From Patescibacteria group bacterium (lineage in GTDB: Bacteria > Patescibacteriota > Minisyncoccia > JACROR01): a stretch of 34,897 bases of DNA. Every line of letters starts with the position of its first letter. The first letter of the stretch is position 1. A program made the translations under genes and the position numbers. Below, in pieces: positions 15,552 to 24,675 of this stretch. The stretch spans positions 1 to 34,897 of the forward strand of contig JBBTTT010000059.1 in NCBI GenBank assembly GCA_038064095.1, in the 5' to 3' direction. Below the pieces are notes generated by a model. The model did no database searches. It saw only the letters and a list, made by a program, of their open reading frames with translations, and had not been told where the DNA came from.

Positions 15552-15580
15552 TTGCGTTAACAAAAAAAATGTGCTAATAT
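15552..15580 (+). promoter_or_regulatory. Promoter of the rpsO operon (near-leaderless)
   Basis: TTGCGT, a 17-nt spacer, then TAATAT. The -10 ends 9 nt before the rpsO ATG and no SD is present. Confidence 0.5.
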
Positions 15581-15589
15581 TAAAAAATA

Positions 15590-15865
15590 ATGTTAGCAGT
15601 CAAAGAAAAACAAAAAATTATTGAAAAAATCCGAACGCACGAAAAAGACACCGGTTCTTCGGCCGTGCAAATCGCCATTTTGACCGAAGAAATCAAACGG
15701 CTGACCAGCCACCTAAAAATCCATCAAAAAGACAACCATTCTCGGCGCGGCTTGTTAAAAATGGTGGCTAAACGAAAATCTCTTTTGGATTACTTGGCCG
15801 ATGACAATCCCAGAAGCTATCATACGGTGGTGAGAAAATTAGGACTCAAGAAAAAAGCAAAATGA
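15590..15865 (+). CDS. rpsO: 30S ribosomal protein S15
   Basis: DTGSSAVQIAILTEEIKRLTSHLKIHQKDNHSRRGLLKMVAKRKSLLDYL matches the S15 consensus. Confidence 0.95.
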   Translation: MLAVKEKQKIIEKIRTHEKDTGSSAVQIAILTEEIKRLTSHLKIHQKDNHSRRGLLKMVAKRKSLLDYLADDNPRSYHTVVRKLGLKKKAK

Positions 15866-16371
15866 GCATCGCCCAGCATAAAAACCAGCGCGTCGCGATT
15901 TTTTTTGACGTCCAAAATCTCTATCATTCCGCGCGCAGCCGCTACGGGGCGCGGGTTAATTTCAAGGAACTCCTCAAAAGCGCCATTGCCAATCGCCAGC
16001 TGATCCGGGCCTTTGCTTACGTCATCAGCACAAAAACCGGCGAAGAAAAACCATTTTTTGAAGCCCTAACCAAATTAGGCATTGAAACAAGGGTAAAACC
16101 TCTTCAAGAATTTTACGGCGGGCTTAAAAAAGCGGATTGGGACGTAGGATTGGCAATTGACGCGGTGAAAACTCTCCAAGCCGTTGATACCATCGTCTTG
16201 GCGAGCGGCGACGGCGATTTTATCCCGTTGGTGGAATACGCGAAAAATCAGGGGCGGCGCGTGGAAGTAATCGCTTTCGGAAAATCTTCTTCCGCAGCTC
16301 TAAAAGAAGCGGCGGACGAATTCATTGACCTTGACGATAACAAAAAATACCTGATAAAAAGAAATAATTAA
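15862..16371 (+). CDS. NYN/LabA-like (PIN-fold) predicted ribonuclease
   Basis: VAIFFDVQNLYHSA and ASGDGDFIPLVEYAKNQGRRVEVIAF are the acidic NYN motifs. Its start overlaps the rpsO stop (ATGA) and its stop is 1 nt before the pnp ATG. Confidence 0.85.
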   Translation: MSIAQHKNQRVAIFFDVQNLYHSARSRYGARVNFKELLKSAIANRQLIRAFAYVISTKTGEEKPFFEALTKLGIETRVKPLQEFYGGLKKADWDVGLAIDAVKTLQAVDTIVLASGDGDFIPLVEYAKNQGRRVEVIAFGKSSSAALKEAADEFIDLDDNKKYLIKRNN

Positions 16372-16372
16372 T

Positions 16373-18505
16373 ATGAAAAAAAAGAAATTTTCCTGCGAAT
16401 TCGCGGGCCAGCCGCTGGAAGCGGAGTTTTCCGATTTAACCGAACAAGCCAACGGCTCGGCGCTTGTCCGATACGGCGAAACAGTGGTTTTGGCCACGGC
16501 CGTGATTTCCGGCGCGCCAAAAGAACATCTGGATTATTTTCCTTTAACCGTTGATTACGAAGAAAAATTTTACGCGGTCGGAGAAATTCTCGGTTCGCGC
16601 TTTCTCCGCCGGGAAAGCCGATCTTCGGATAACGCTATTTTAATGGGCCGCTTAATTGACCGGACCATCCGGCCGCTCTTTGACCAAAAAATCAGAAACG
16701 AAGTGCAAGTAATCGTCTTGGTGCTTTCTTACGACGAAAAAAACGCGCCGGACGTGCCGGCAATTATCGCCGCTTCCTTGGCGCTCGGGGTTTCCGATAT
16801 TCCTTGGAACGGGCCGATCGCCGGAATAAGAACGATTAAAGAAAGCGATCAATACATTTTAAATCCCACAACCGACCAAAGAGAAAAAGCGTCGCTGGAA
16901 ACTTTAATCTGCGGAAAGGACGGAAAAATCAATATGATAGAAGCGGAAGCCAAAGAAGCGCCGGAAAAAGACGCCATCAAAGGATTTCAACTGGCGCTCA
17001 AAGAAATTGAAAAAATAAACGGCTGGCAAAAAGAAATTATCAAGGAAATCGGCCGGGAAAAAATTATGCCAAAAATGGCAAAAGAGCCGGAAGGCTTGCG
17101 CGATCTTTTCAAAAAACACATTAAGCCGCGGCTGGAAGATTATGTTTTTATTGAAGAAAAAACCGGCCGCACCACGCGGCTGATGGAACTCAAAAAAGAA
17201 TGGATAGAATCCGCCAAAGAGCGGTTCGGCGACGAAGGAATTGAACTAAGCGATGAAATTTACGAAGAAGAAATCAACGAAATAATCCATCGGAACATTC
17301 TAGAAAACGATAAACGGCCTGATTTCCGCAAACTGGACCAGATGCGGCCGCTCTACGCCGAAGCGGGAATTTTGCCGCGCGTTCACGGCTCCGGTCTTTT
17401 TTATCGCGGCCAAACGCATGTTCTCTCGGCCGTCACTCTCGGCTCCCCTCGAGACCACAGGCTGATTGAAGGAATGGAAATAAAAGAACAAAAGCATTTT
17501 ATGCACCAGTATAATTTTTGGCCTTTTTGTTCGGGAGAAATCAAGCCTTTGCGGGGGCCGGGGCGCCGGGAAATCGGCCACGGCGCGCTCGCGGAAAAAG
17601 CGCTGGCCGCGGTCATTCCGGAAAAAGAAAAATTCCCCTATACGATTCGCGTGGTTTCCGAAACAATGTCTTCAAACGGCTCCACTTCCATGGCTTCGGT
17701 CTGCGCGTCCACTCTGGCTTTGATGGATGCCGGCGTTCCCATTAAAAAACCCGTGGCCGGCATCGCGATGGGATTAATAATGAAAGACGAACACAATTAT
17801 AAAATTCTTACCGACATCCAAGGGCCCGAAGACCATCATGGCGATATGGATTTTAAGGCCGCCGGAACCAAAGAGGGATTAACAGCCATTCAAATGGATG
17901 TTAAAATAGAAGGAGTAACCGTGGAAATTCTTGAAAAGACGCTAAACCAGGCTAAAAAGGCGCGGGAAGAAATTCTAAAAGTAATGCTGAAAGCCATCGC
18001 CGAACCGCGGCCCAATCTTTCCCCTTTTGCTCCCAAAATTCTGGTCTGCCGCATTAATCCAGAAAAAATCGGCACTTTAATCGGCCCGGGAGGAAAAACC
18101 GTCAACAGCATCAGAACGGCTTCGGCCGCGGAAATAGACATTGAAGAAGACGGCATGGTTTTTGTCACCGGCAAAACCAAAGAGTCGGCCGAAAAAGCCC
18201 TTTCTCTGGTGGAACTTATCACCAAAGAGTTCAAGCCCGGGGATCTGGCGGCCGGAAAAGTAAGCCGGATTTTTGAATTCGGCGCGATGGTGGAAATCGC
18301 TCCGAACCAGGAAGGATTAATCCATATTTCCAAGCTCGCCCCTTACCGCGTCAACAAAGTAACGGATGTCGTGAATATCGGCGATGAAGTAAAAGTTAAA
18401 ATTATAGACATTGACGAAAAAGGACGCGTTAATTTAGCGCTTCAAAACAATGATTCCGGAAACAAACATTCCTCAAAAAACCCCCACCAACAAAGAAACA
18501 GATAA
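16373..18505 (+). CDS. pnp: Polyribonucleotide nucleotidyltransferase (PNPase)
   Basis: It has two RNase PH-like domains (for example RREIGHGALAEKAL and DHHGDMDFKAAGT), then KH (IGPGGKTVNSI) and S1 (GKVSRIFEFGAMVEI) domains. Confidence 0.95.
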   Translation: MKKKKFSCEFAGQPLEAEFSDLTEQANGSALVRYGETVVLATAVISGAPKEHLDYFPLTVDYEEKFYAVGEILGSRFLRRESRSSDNAILMGRLIDRTIRPLFDQKIRNEVQVIVLVLSYDEKNAPDVPAIIAASLALGVSDIPWNGPIAGIRTIKESDQYILNPTTDQREKASLETLICGKDGKINMIEAEAKEAPEKDAIKGFQLALKEIEKINGWQKEIIKEIGREKIMPKMAKEPEGLRDLFKKHIKPRLEDYVFIEEKTGRTTRLMELKKEWIESAKERFGDEGIELSDEIYEEEINEIIHRNILENDKRPDFRKLDQMRPLYAEAGILPRVHGSGLFYRGQTHVLSAVTLGSPRDHRLIEGMEIKEQKHFMHQYNFWPFCSGEIKPLRGPGRREIGHGALAEKALAAVIPEKEKFPYTIRVVSETMSSNGSTSMASVCASTLALMDAGVPIKKPVAGIAMGLIMKDEHNYKILTDIQGPEDHHGDMDFKAAGTKEGLTAIQMDVKIEGVTVEILEKTLNQAKKAREEILKVMLKAIAEPRPNLSPFAPKILVCRINPEKIGTLIGPGGKTVNSIRTASAAEIDIEEDGMVFVTGKTKESAEKALSLVELITKEFKPGDLAAGKVSRIFEFGAMVEIAPNQEGLIHISKLAPYRVNKVTDVVNIGDEVKVKIIDIDEKGRVNLALQNNDSGNKHSSKNPHQQRNR

Positions 18506-19364
18506 AAAATCGGTTTTCGATCTTCCCGCGATCAGAACTTACAAAACGGACATCGCGGACTATACTAAAAAAGAAGGAGCGTCTTATTTAGACATCATCA
18601 GCCAGGCGGCGCGCCTGAAAAAAAACCATGACGCGCTTCATCAGGAAGAAAAAATAAATCTTTCCCTTAAAAACTCTCTTTTGATCGGGGGTATTGCCGT
18701 TGCCGTTCTCGGGCTGGGCATCGGCGCTTATTTTTACTTGAACGCCGATCAAAAACAAACCGAGCAGTCGGCGGCGCGGGCGCCTCAACCTTTAATCCGC
18801 GCTGATGTTGAAAAAATAATAATTTATCAAAGCGGCGAAAGTAATTTTCTAAAAGAAACAATCCAAAAAAGACTGAAAGTTCCTCAATTAAGCGCTTATT
18901 TCACTTATTTGCCGATAAAAGAGGAAACAGCCGGCCGGACAAAATTTTTAAACGGTTCCGAATTTTTTCAAGCCGCGAAAATAAACATTCCTCTTGAAAT
19001 AAACATTAATCTGATCGCGCCTTTTACTTTAGGCATCGTAGACACCTTGGGACAAAACGAAATTCTGCTCCTTTCCCGCCTTAAAGATTTTGAAAGAACT
19101 TTTGCCGCGCTCCTGCTTTGGGAAAAAGAAATGCTGGAGGATTTAAAACCGCTTCTGCCGGCTGAAAAAAATTTGACCGCGGAAGAAAATGTCTTTAAAG
19201 ACAAGGTGATTGAAAACAACGACGCCAGAATTATTTATAATCTTGAAAATAAACCGATTTTAGCCTATACTATATTCAATAAAAACATTTTAGCGATTGC
19301 TTCTTCCGAAACCGCTCTGGAAGCGGCTTTGGAAAAACTCATTATTTCGCCGCCGATATTTTAA
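18450..19364 (+). CDS. Hypothetical single-pass membrane protein
   Basis: A long ORF with one TM helix (LLIGGIAVAVLGLGIGAYFYL) and no recognisable family. The ATG at 18450 overlaps the pnp 3' end by 56 nt, so the true start is uncertain. Confidence 0.5.
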   Translation: MIPETNIPQKTPTNKETDKKSVFDLPAIRTYKTDIADYTKKEGASYLDIISQAARLKKNHDALHQEEKINLSLKNSLLIGGIAVAVLGLGIGAYFYLNADQKQTEQSAARAPQPLIRADVEKIIIYQSGESNFLKETIQKRLKVPQLSAYFTYLPIKEETAGRTKFLNGSEFFQAAKINIPLEININLIAPFTLGIVDTLGQNEILLLSRLKDFERTFAALLLWEKEMLEDLKPLLPAEKNLTAEENVFKDKVIENNDARIIYNLENKPILAYTIFNKNILAIASSETALEAALEKLIISPPIF

Positions 19365-19401
19365 TCAACGATAATTTCGTAATTTAAGACAAAATAATCT
19401 T

Positions 19402-19761
19402 ATGATTTCCAATTTAGATTTTTATAAAAACAAACTGGAAGAAGAAAAAACGCGGCTGGAGCGCGAGCTGGAAACCGTGGGCCGCCGAAACCCCAAAAAT
19501 CCCGAGGATTGGGAGCCGACCGAAAAAGATTTGAATCTGCAAAGCTCGGATCCCAACGAAATGGCCGATAAATTTGAAGAACTTGACACGCGCGTGGGTA
19601 TTGAAACAACCCTGGAAGAAGAGCTGAACAGCATTAAGAAAGCCTTAAAACGGATAAAAGACGGCGGTTTTGGAAAATGCGAAATCTGCAAAAAACCGAT
19701 AGATGAAAATCGGCTTAAGGCCAATCCCGCGGCCGCGGCTTGCTTAAAACACGCCTTATAA
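19402..19761 (+). CDS. DksA/TraR-family C4 zinc-finger protein
   Basis: It has a coiled-coil N-terminal part and a C-terminal GKCEICKKPIDENRLKANPAAAACLKH (CxxC-17-C...H-type DksA finger). Confidence 0.8.
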   Translation: MISNLDFYKNKLEEEKTRLERELETVGRRNPKNPEDWEPTEKDLNLQSSDPNEMADKFEELDTRVGIETTLEEELNSIKKALKRIKDGGFGKCEICKKPIDENRLKANPAAAACLKHAL

Positions 19762-21312
19762 ATGTCCTCCGACTCCAATAAAGCCGTAAAACTGCATTCC
19801 GCGCAAGTGATCGGCCTTAAAGGTTCAATTATTGACGTAGAAGTTGACGCCTATCAAGGACAGCGCAAACTTTCCATCGTCGGCTTGCCGGATAAAGCGG
19901 TAGAAGAATCTTTGGAGCGCGTTTCCTCGGCCATTAAGAATACGGGTAAAAATTCTCCTCAAAAAAGAAGCCAACGGGTGACGATTTCTTTGGCGCCGGC
20001 TGATCTGAAAAAAGAAGGGCCGGTTTTTGATTTAGCCATCGCCTTAGGCTATCTCTTGGCTTCAAAACAGGCAAAATTCAACCCTCAAGGAAAAATTTTT
20101 TTAGGCGAACTTTCTTTGGACGGCGGCTTAAGGCCGATCAAAGGAGTTTTGCCTTTGACCGCAGAAGTAAAAAAAGCGGGGTTTAAAGAAATTTATCTGC
20201 CTAAAGGCAACGGCCGGGAAGCAGCGCTGATAGAAGGTGTGAATATTTATGAAGCAAGCAGTTTAAGCGACATCTTGCAGCACCTCAACGAAGAAGTGCT
20301 CATCCCAGCCTGCCCTAAAACAAAAATAATTCCAGCCCTTAACCAAGAAAACAAAGAAAATTTGAATTTTTCCGATATCCGGGGACAAGAAGCCGCCAAA
20401 AGAGGTTTGGAAATCGCCGCGGCCGGAGGACACAACCTGCTGATGGTTGGCCCGCCGGGAACCGGAAAAACCATGCTTGCCAAAGCTTTTCCCTCAATTC
20501 TTCCGCCTTTGACTTTTGAAGAAACATTGGAAGTAACCGCGATTCACAGCGTCGCCGGCAATCTTAAAAATCCTTATTTGGCCAGCCGGCCGTTCCGCAA
20601 TCCTCACCATACTTCTTCATACGTAGCTTTAGTCGGCGGAGGAGCCTGGCCCCGGCCCGGAGAAATCACCATGGCGCATCGCGGGGTCCTGTTTCTGGAC
20701 GAATTTCCGGAATTTGACCGCCGGGTAATAGAATCCCTGCGCCAGCCCATGGAAGAAGGCAGCATTGTCGTGGCGCGCGCCAAAGATACCATTCAGTTTC
20801 CCGCGCGTTTTACGCTTATTTGCGCGATGAATCCCTGCCCTTGCGGGAATTTGGGATCAAAAACAAAAATGTGCCTTTGCGGCCCGTCCGCGCTTTTCCG
20901 ATACAAAAGAAAAATCTCCGGACCCATTGCCGACCGCCTGGACCTTTGGCTGGATGTGCCGCAAATTGAACATGAAGAATTGGCGCCTCAAAAAACCAAA
21001 GGGGTACGTTCGGAAGAAATTATCAGGCGGGTGATCAAGGCCCGTGAAATTCAAAAAGAACGTTTTAAAAACAGAAAAATCATCGCTAACAGTGAAATGA
21101 CGGTAAAAGATTTGGAAGAATTGGCGCCGCTTTCCGCCAACTGCCGCAACACGTTAAATTTGGCCGCGAAGAATATGGACCTTTCGCCCCGCGCCTACCA
21201 TCGGGTAATAAAAATAGCCCGCACCATCGCGGACCTCGGCCAAGAAGAGAAAATTCAAGAAAACCACATTCTGGAAGCCATCCAATACCGGCCAAAACAA
21301 ACGGAAATATAA
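19762..21312 (+). CDS. comM: YifB/ComM family Mg-chelatase-like AAA+ ATPase
   Basis: It has an N-terminal Lon-like domain (IVGLPDKAVEESLERV), Walker A LLMVGPPGTGKTML, Walker B VLFLDEF and the Cys-rich insert CPCGNLGSKTKMCLC. The ATG directly abuts the upstream stop. Confidence 0.9.
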   Translation: MSSDSNKAVKLHSAQVIGLKGSIIDVEVDAYQGQRKLSIVGLPDKAVEESLERVSSAIKNTGKNSPQKRSQRVTISLAPADLKKEGPVFDLAIALGYLLASKQAKFNPQGKIFLGELSLDGGLRPIKGVLPLTAEVKKAGFKEIYLPKGNGREAALIEGVNIYEASSLSDILQHLNEEVLIPACPKTKIIPALNQENKENLNFSDIRGQEAAKRGLEIAAAGGHNLLMVGPPGTGKTMLAKAFPSILPPLTFEETLEVTAIHSVAGNLKNPYLASRPFRNPHHTSSYVALVGGGAWPRPGEITMAHRGVLFLDEFPEFDRRVIESLRQPMEEGSIVVARAKDTIQFPARFTLICAMNPCPCGNLGSKTKMCLCGPSALFRYKRKISGPIADRLDLWLDVPQIEHEELAPQKTKGVRSEEIIRRVIKAREIQKERFKNRKIIANSEMTVKDLEELAPLSANCRNTLNLAAKNMDLSPRAYHRVIKIARTIADLGQEEKIQENHILEAIQYRPKQTEI

Positions 21313-21352
21313 AATTAGAAGGTTTTAGAAGGTTGAACCTTCTGGAAAATAT

Positions 21353-22399
21353 TTAAAAAGGATTTCTCGGGCCGCCTCTGATTTCAAAATGAACGTGCGG
21401 GCCGCTGGATTTTCCGCTGGAGCCGACATAGCCGATAATTTGCCCTTGCGCCACGTGCCAGCCGCTAAAAACGATACTCTTGCTCAAATGAGAATATAAA
21501 GTCTGGGTGCCATTCGGATGCGCGATAACGATATAAGTGCCATAGCCGCCGTTCCAGCCTTGGCTTTTAGAAATAATCACGTCGCCGGAAGCTGACGCCA
21601 AAACCGGCGTACCCCAAGGCGCCGCCAAATCAACCGCGTTATAGCCATGAAGACCCTGGGAGCGGCGGCCGCCGTTGATCGGCCTTAAATAATATCCGGC
21701 GTATTCCTTGGAGCCGGCGCTGGGATATTGCTGAAAATCGTACTTCGGCAAATCATATTCGCCGTTTGGCACTACTATTTCCATTCCCGTTTCAAGCTCG
21801 TTTTCTCTCGTCAAACCGTTAAATTCCATAATTTCGTCAGCATCTGCCTTCAATTCTTTGGCGATTTTTAAAAACGTGTCTCCTTTTTTTACGGTGTATT
21901 TTACTCCGTTAACCGGCAAAATAATCAAAGTTTGACCAGGCTTTATCATATCGCCGCGCTTGATTTCATCGTTAGCCCAGATAATCGTGTTAACGCTGAC
22001 GTCAAAAAGCTTCGCGATTTGGGAAAGGGTGTCTTTTTCCCGAACCACGTAAATGCTTATCTGTTCTGATTTTTTCTGTTCTTCCAAAACGTCGGCTAAA
22101 CTGCCGAGAGGCCCGACGACCGGCGAAAGCGCGGCATTTTCAACGATGTTTATCTCTCCGCCGCCGATTCCGGCCAAAAGATTTTCGTTTGTCGGCGCGT
22201 TAAGCAGGGGAATGGTTTGAACATTTGCGGCGGCCGCGGGCTGAATTATTTCCTGTTTTTGAAAAATTTTATCCAAAAAAGAAAACCAGCCCGCCTGGGC
22301 GGATTGAACGTTAAAAAAACCGAACGATAAAACAATACCGGCAAAAATCAGCGGCGTTTTAACGGAATAAACAAAAAAACGCCCGGTTTTTAACAACAA
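21353..22399 (-). CDS. Secreted peptidoglycan hydrolase: LysM repeats plus M23 metallopeptidase domain
   Basis: There are two LysM-like repeats (YVVREKDTLSQIAKLFDVSVNTIIWAN and YTVKKGDTFLKIAKELKADADEIMEFN). The M23 motifs are HGYNAVDLAA and GSSGKSSGPHVHFEIR. The start is a TTG at the top of the ORF and is uncertain. Confidence 0.85.
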   Translation of the reverse strand: MLLKTGRFFVYSVKTPLIFAGIVLSFGFFNVQSAQAGWFSFLDKIFQKQEIIQPAAAANVQTIPLLNAPTNENLLAGIGGGEINIVENAALSPVVGPLGSLADVLEEQKKSEQISIYVVREKDTLSQIAKLFDVSVNTIIWANDEIKRGDMIKPGQTLIILPVNGVKYTVKKGDTFLKIAKELKADADEIMEFNGLTRENELETGMEIVVPNGEYDLPKYDFQQYPSAGSKEYAGYYLRPINGGRRSQGLHGYNAVDLAAPWGTPVLASASGDVIISKSQGWNGGYGTYIVIAHPNGTQTLYSHLSKSIVFSGWHVAQGQIIGYVGSSGKSSGPHVHFEIRGGPRNPF

Positions 22400-22646
22400 G
22401 TCAAAAATAACGAATATTTTTCTCTTTCTCTTAAGATAAGAGTTGGAGTTTAGAAAGTTGTTTAAAATAAATTAAAATCAAATGTTTTTCTAATCAACCA
22501 GCTATAATCTCTTCATAAAAGATAGAAAATAGCTATATTTTCGGCCTTTTCTTATCTATTTTCATATCCTAACCGATTTTAAAGAAAAAAACAATCCTCG
22601 GCTAAGAATTTGTGGATAACGGGAATAACTGCTATTGTTGCCAATA

Positions 22647-24656
22647 ATGCCGAAGAATACTCCAAAAAAAGAACCGTCAACGCCGATGAAAGGCGATTTT
22701 CCAACAGAACAGGTTGTCAAAGAACTGAACGAACGGCAAAAACAAGCGGTCTTGCACCAAGTTGGACCGCTTTTAATCTTAGCAGGCGCCGGCTCGGGAA
22801 AAACCAAAGTGATCGCCCATCGCATAGCCAACCTGATCAAAAACGGCGTCCAGCCGGAACAAATTCTGGCGATTACCTTTACCAACAAAGCGGCCGCTGA
22901 AATGCGCGAACGCATCATCAGGCTTCTCAACCCCAAAGGACGCCCCGAACTTCCTTTTATCAGCACCTTTCATTCTTTGGGCGTTTTTATTTTAAGAGAA
23001 AGCAGCAAGTCCTTGGGAATCAGCCGCAATTTTTCAATTTTTGACGAAGAAGATTCGCTAAGCCTTATCAAAGAATGCCTGAAAAAACTCTCTTTTGATC
23101 CGAAACAATTTCAACCCGCCAGAATTCAGGCGATAATTTCCAAAAACAAAAGCGAACTGGAAGAATTGAAAGAAGTCAGAGCAAAAGCGGACCGCTCGCC
23201 TTTTTTAAAAGCCGCGGCCGCGGTTTTTGAAAAATACGAAGAGGAGCTCGGCAAACACCGCGCGCTTGATTTTGACGACCTTATCGCCAAAACCGTTTCT
23301 CTTTTCAGCCGTTTCCCCGAAATTCTTAAGCAATACCAGGAAAAATGGCAATATATTCATATTGACGAATACCAGGACACCAATCACGCCCAGTATTGTT
23401 TAGCCAAACTCCTCGCCCGCACTGGCCAAAATATCTGCTGCGTGGGAGACGTTGATCAGGCGATTTACCAATGGCGGGGCGCGGATTTCCGCAATATCCT
23501 GAATTTTGAAAAAGACTGGCCTCAAGCCGCGGTTATCACGCTTGAAGAAAATTACCGCTCCACTCAAAACATTCTGGACGCCGCCAACGCGGTTATTTCC
23601 AAAAACCAGCTGCGAAAGCCGAAAAATTTGATTGGCCGCCAAGGCGCGGGTGAAAAAATAAAATTTTTTGCCGCGGCCAATGAACTGGAAGAAGCGGATT
23701 TTATCGCCCGCGCCAGCCAGAATCTGATCAGCCAAAAAATTCCGCCTCAAAAAATCGCCGTTCTTTTCCGCGCCAATTTTCAATCGCGCGTCCTGGAAGA
23801 AGCCTTTTCCCGCCGGCAAATTCCTTATCAGCTGATCGGCGTCAGATTTTATCAAAGAAAAGAAGTTAAAGACATTCTCGCTTATCTGCGCGCCGCCCTA
23901 AATCCTGAAAATCTTTTCAGCGTTAAAAGAATCATTAATGTTCCCGGCCGCGGAATCGGCAAAACATTGGCCGCTAAATATCTTGCTGCCGCGTCAGACG
24001 CGGCTGGCACAATAACAGCCCCGAAGCCCAATTTTAAGATTAAAGAAACCGGTCTTATTAAAAATTTTGAAAGCATTCTGGCTGGAATAAAAAAACAAGC
24101 GCTTGAAAATTCCGCTTCTCAAGCAATCCGCGCCTGCCTTGAAATAAGCGGCTATCGCGATTTTCTGAACGACAGCACCGAAGAAGGTTTGGCGCGGCTG
24201 GCTAACATTGAAGAACTGGCGAGTTCAGCTACAAAATATGACGGTTTCAAACCGCCCCAGGGAATAGAACGGCTTTTGGACGACGCCGCCTTGATGGCGG
24301 AACAGGACGCCATCAAAGACCGAAGCCAAAGCGTTAAATTGATGACGGTCCACAGCGCCAAAGGCCTGGAATTTGACGCGGTTTTCGTCAGCGGCCTGGA
24401 AGACGGCCTTTTTCCCCATTTTCTTTTGTCCGGCAAAGACCAGTTTCAAAAAGAAGAAGAACGCCGGCTTTTTTACGTGGCGCTGACCCGCGCCCGGGAA
24501 AATCTCTTTTTATCCTGCGCTTTTTTCCGCACCATCTTCGGCGCCAAGCAAGCGAATAAACCGTCTAAATTCTTGGAAGATATCCCAAAGGATCTGCTGG
24601 AATCGGTTAATCCAGAGGAAGAAACTTTGGAAAGCATTGATATTAAAGAATTATAA
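22647..24656 (+). CDS. pcrA: UvrD/PcrA superfamily-1 DNA helicase
   Basis: The motifs are LILAGAGSGKTKVIAHRIANLI (Walker A), ILAITFTNKAAAEMRERI, HIDEYQDTN, TVHSAKGLEFDAVFV and RRLFYVALTRAREN. The start is taken at the ATG at 22647. Confidence 0.9.
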   Translation: MPKNTPKKEPSTPMKGDFPTEQVVKELNERQKQAVLHQVGPLLILAGAGSGKTKVIAHRIANLIKNGVQPEQILAITFTNKAAAEMRERIIRLLNPKGRPELPFISTFHSLGVFILRESSKSLGISRNFSIFDEEDSLSLIKECLKKLSFDPKQFQPARIQAIISKNKSELEELKEVRAKADRSPFLKAAAAVFEKYEEELGKHRALDFDDLIAKTVSLFSRFPEILKQYQEKWQYIHIDEYQDTNHAQYCLAKLLARTGQNICCVGDVDQAIYQWRGADFRNILNFEKDWPQAAVITLEENYRSTQNILDAANAVISKNQLRKPKNLIGRQGAGEKIKFFAAANELEEADFIARASQNLISQKIPPQKIAVLFRANFQSRVLEEAFSRRQIPYQLIGVRFYQRKEVKDILAYLRAALNPENLFSVKRIINVPGRGIGKTLAAKYLAAASDAAGTITAPKPNFKIKETGLIKNFESILAGIKKQALENSASQAIRACLEISGYRDFLNDSTEEGLARLANIEELASSATKYDGFKPPQGIERLLDDAALMAEQDAIKDRSQSVKLMTVHSAKGLEFDAVFVSGLEDGLFPHFLLSGKDQFQKEEERRLFYVALTRARENLFLSCAFFRTIFGAKQANKPSKFLEDIPKDLLESVNPEEETLESIDIKEL

Positions 24657-24675
24657 AATTTTGCAATTCAATATA

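Noticed and set aside
18450-18505. The 56-nt overlap between pnp and the downstream ORF as a programmed frameshift or fusion.
   Set aside because: No slippery motif was seen. An unannotated non-ATG start further downstream is a simpler explanation.
21327-21343. The hairpin AGAAGG-ttgaa-CCTTCT after comM as a terminator.
   Set aside because: The stem is short and no U-tract follows on either strand, which is not enough to report it as a feature.
22400-22646. The 247-bp spacer between the M23 peptidase and pcrA as a small-RNA gene.
   Set aside because: Only weak 5-8 bp inverted repeats (CTCTT/AAGAG and GAAAATAG/CTATTTTC) were found. There are AT-rich promoter-like sequences for the two divergent genes, no convincing terminator and no conserved structure.
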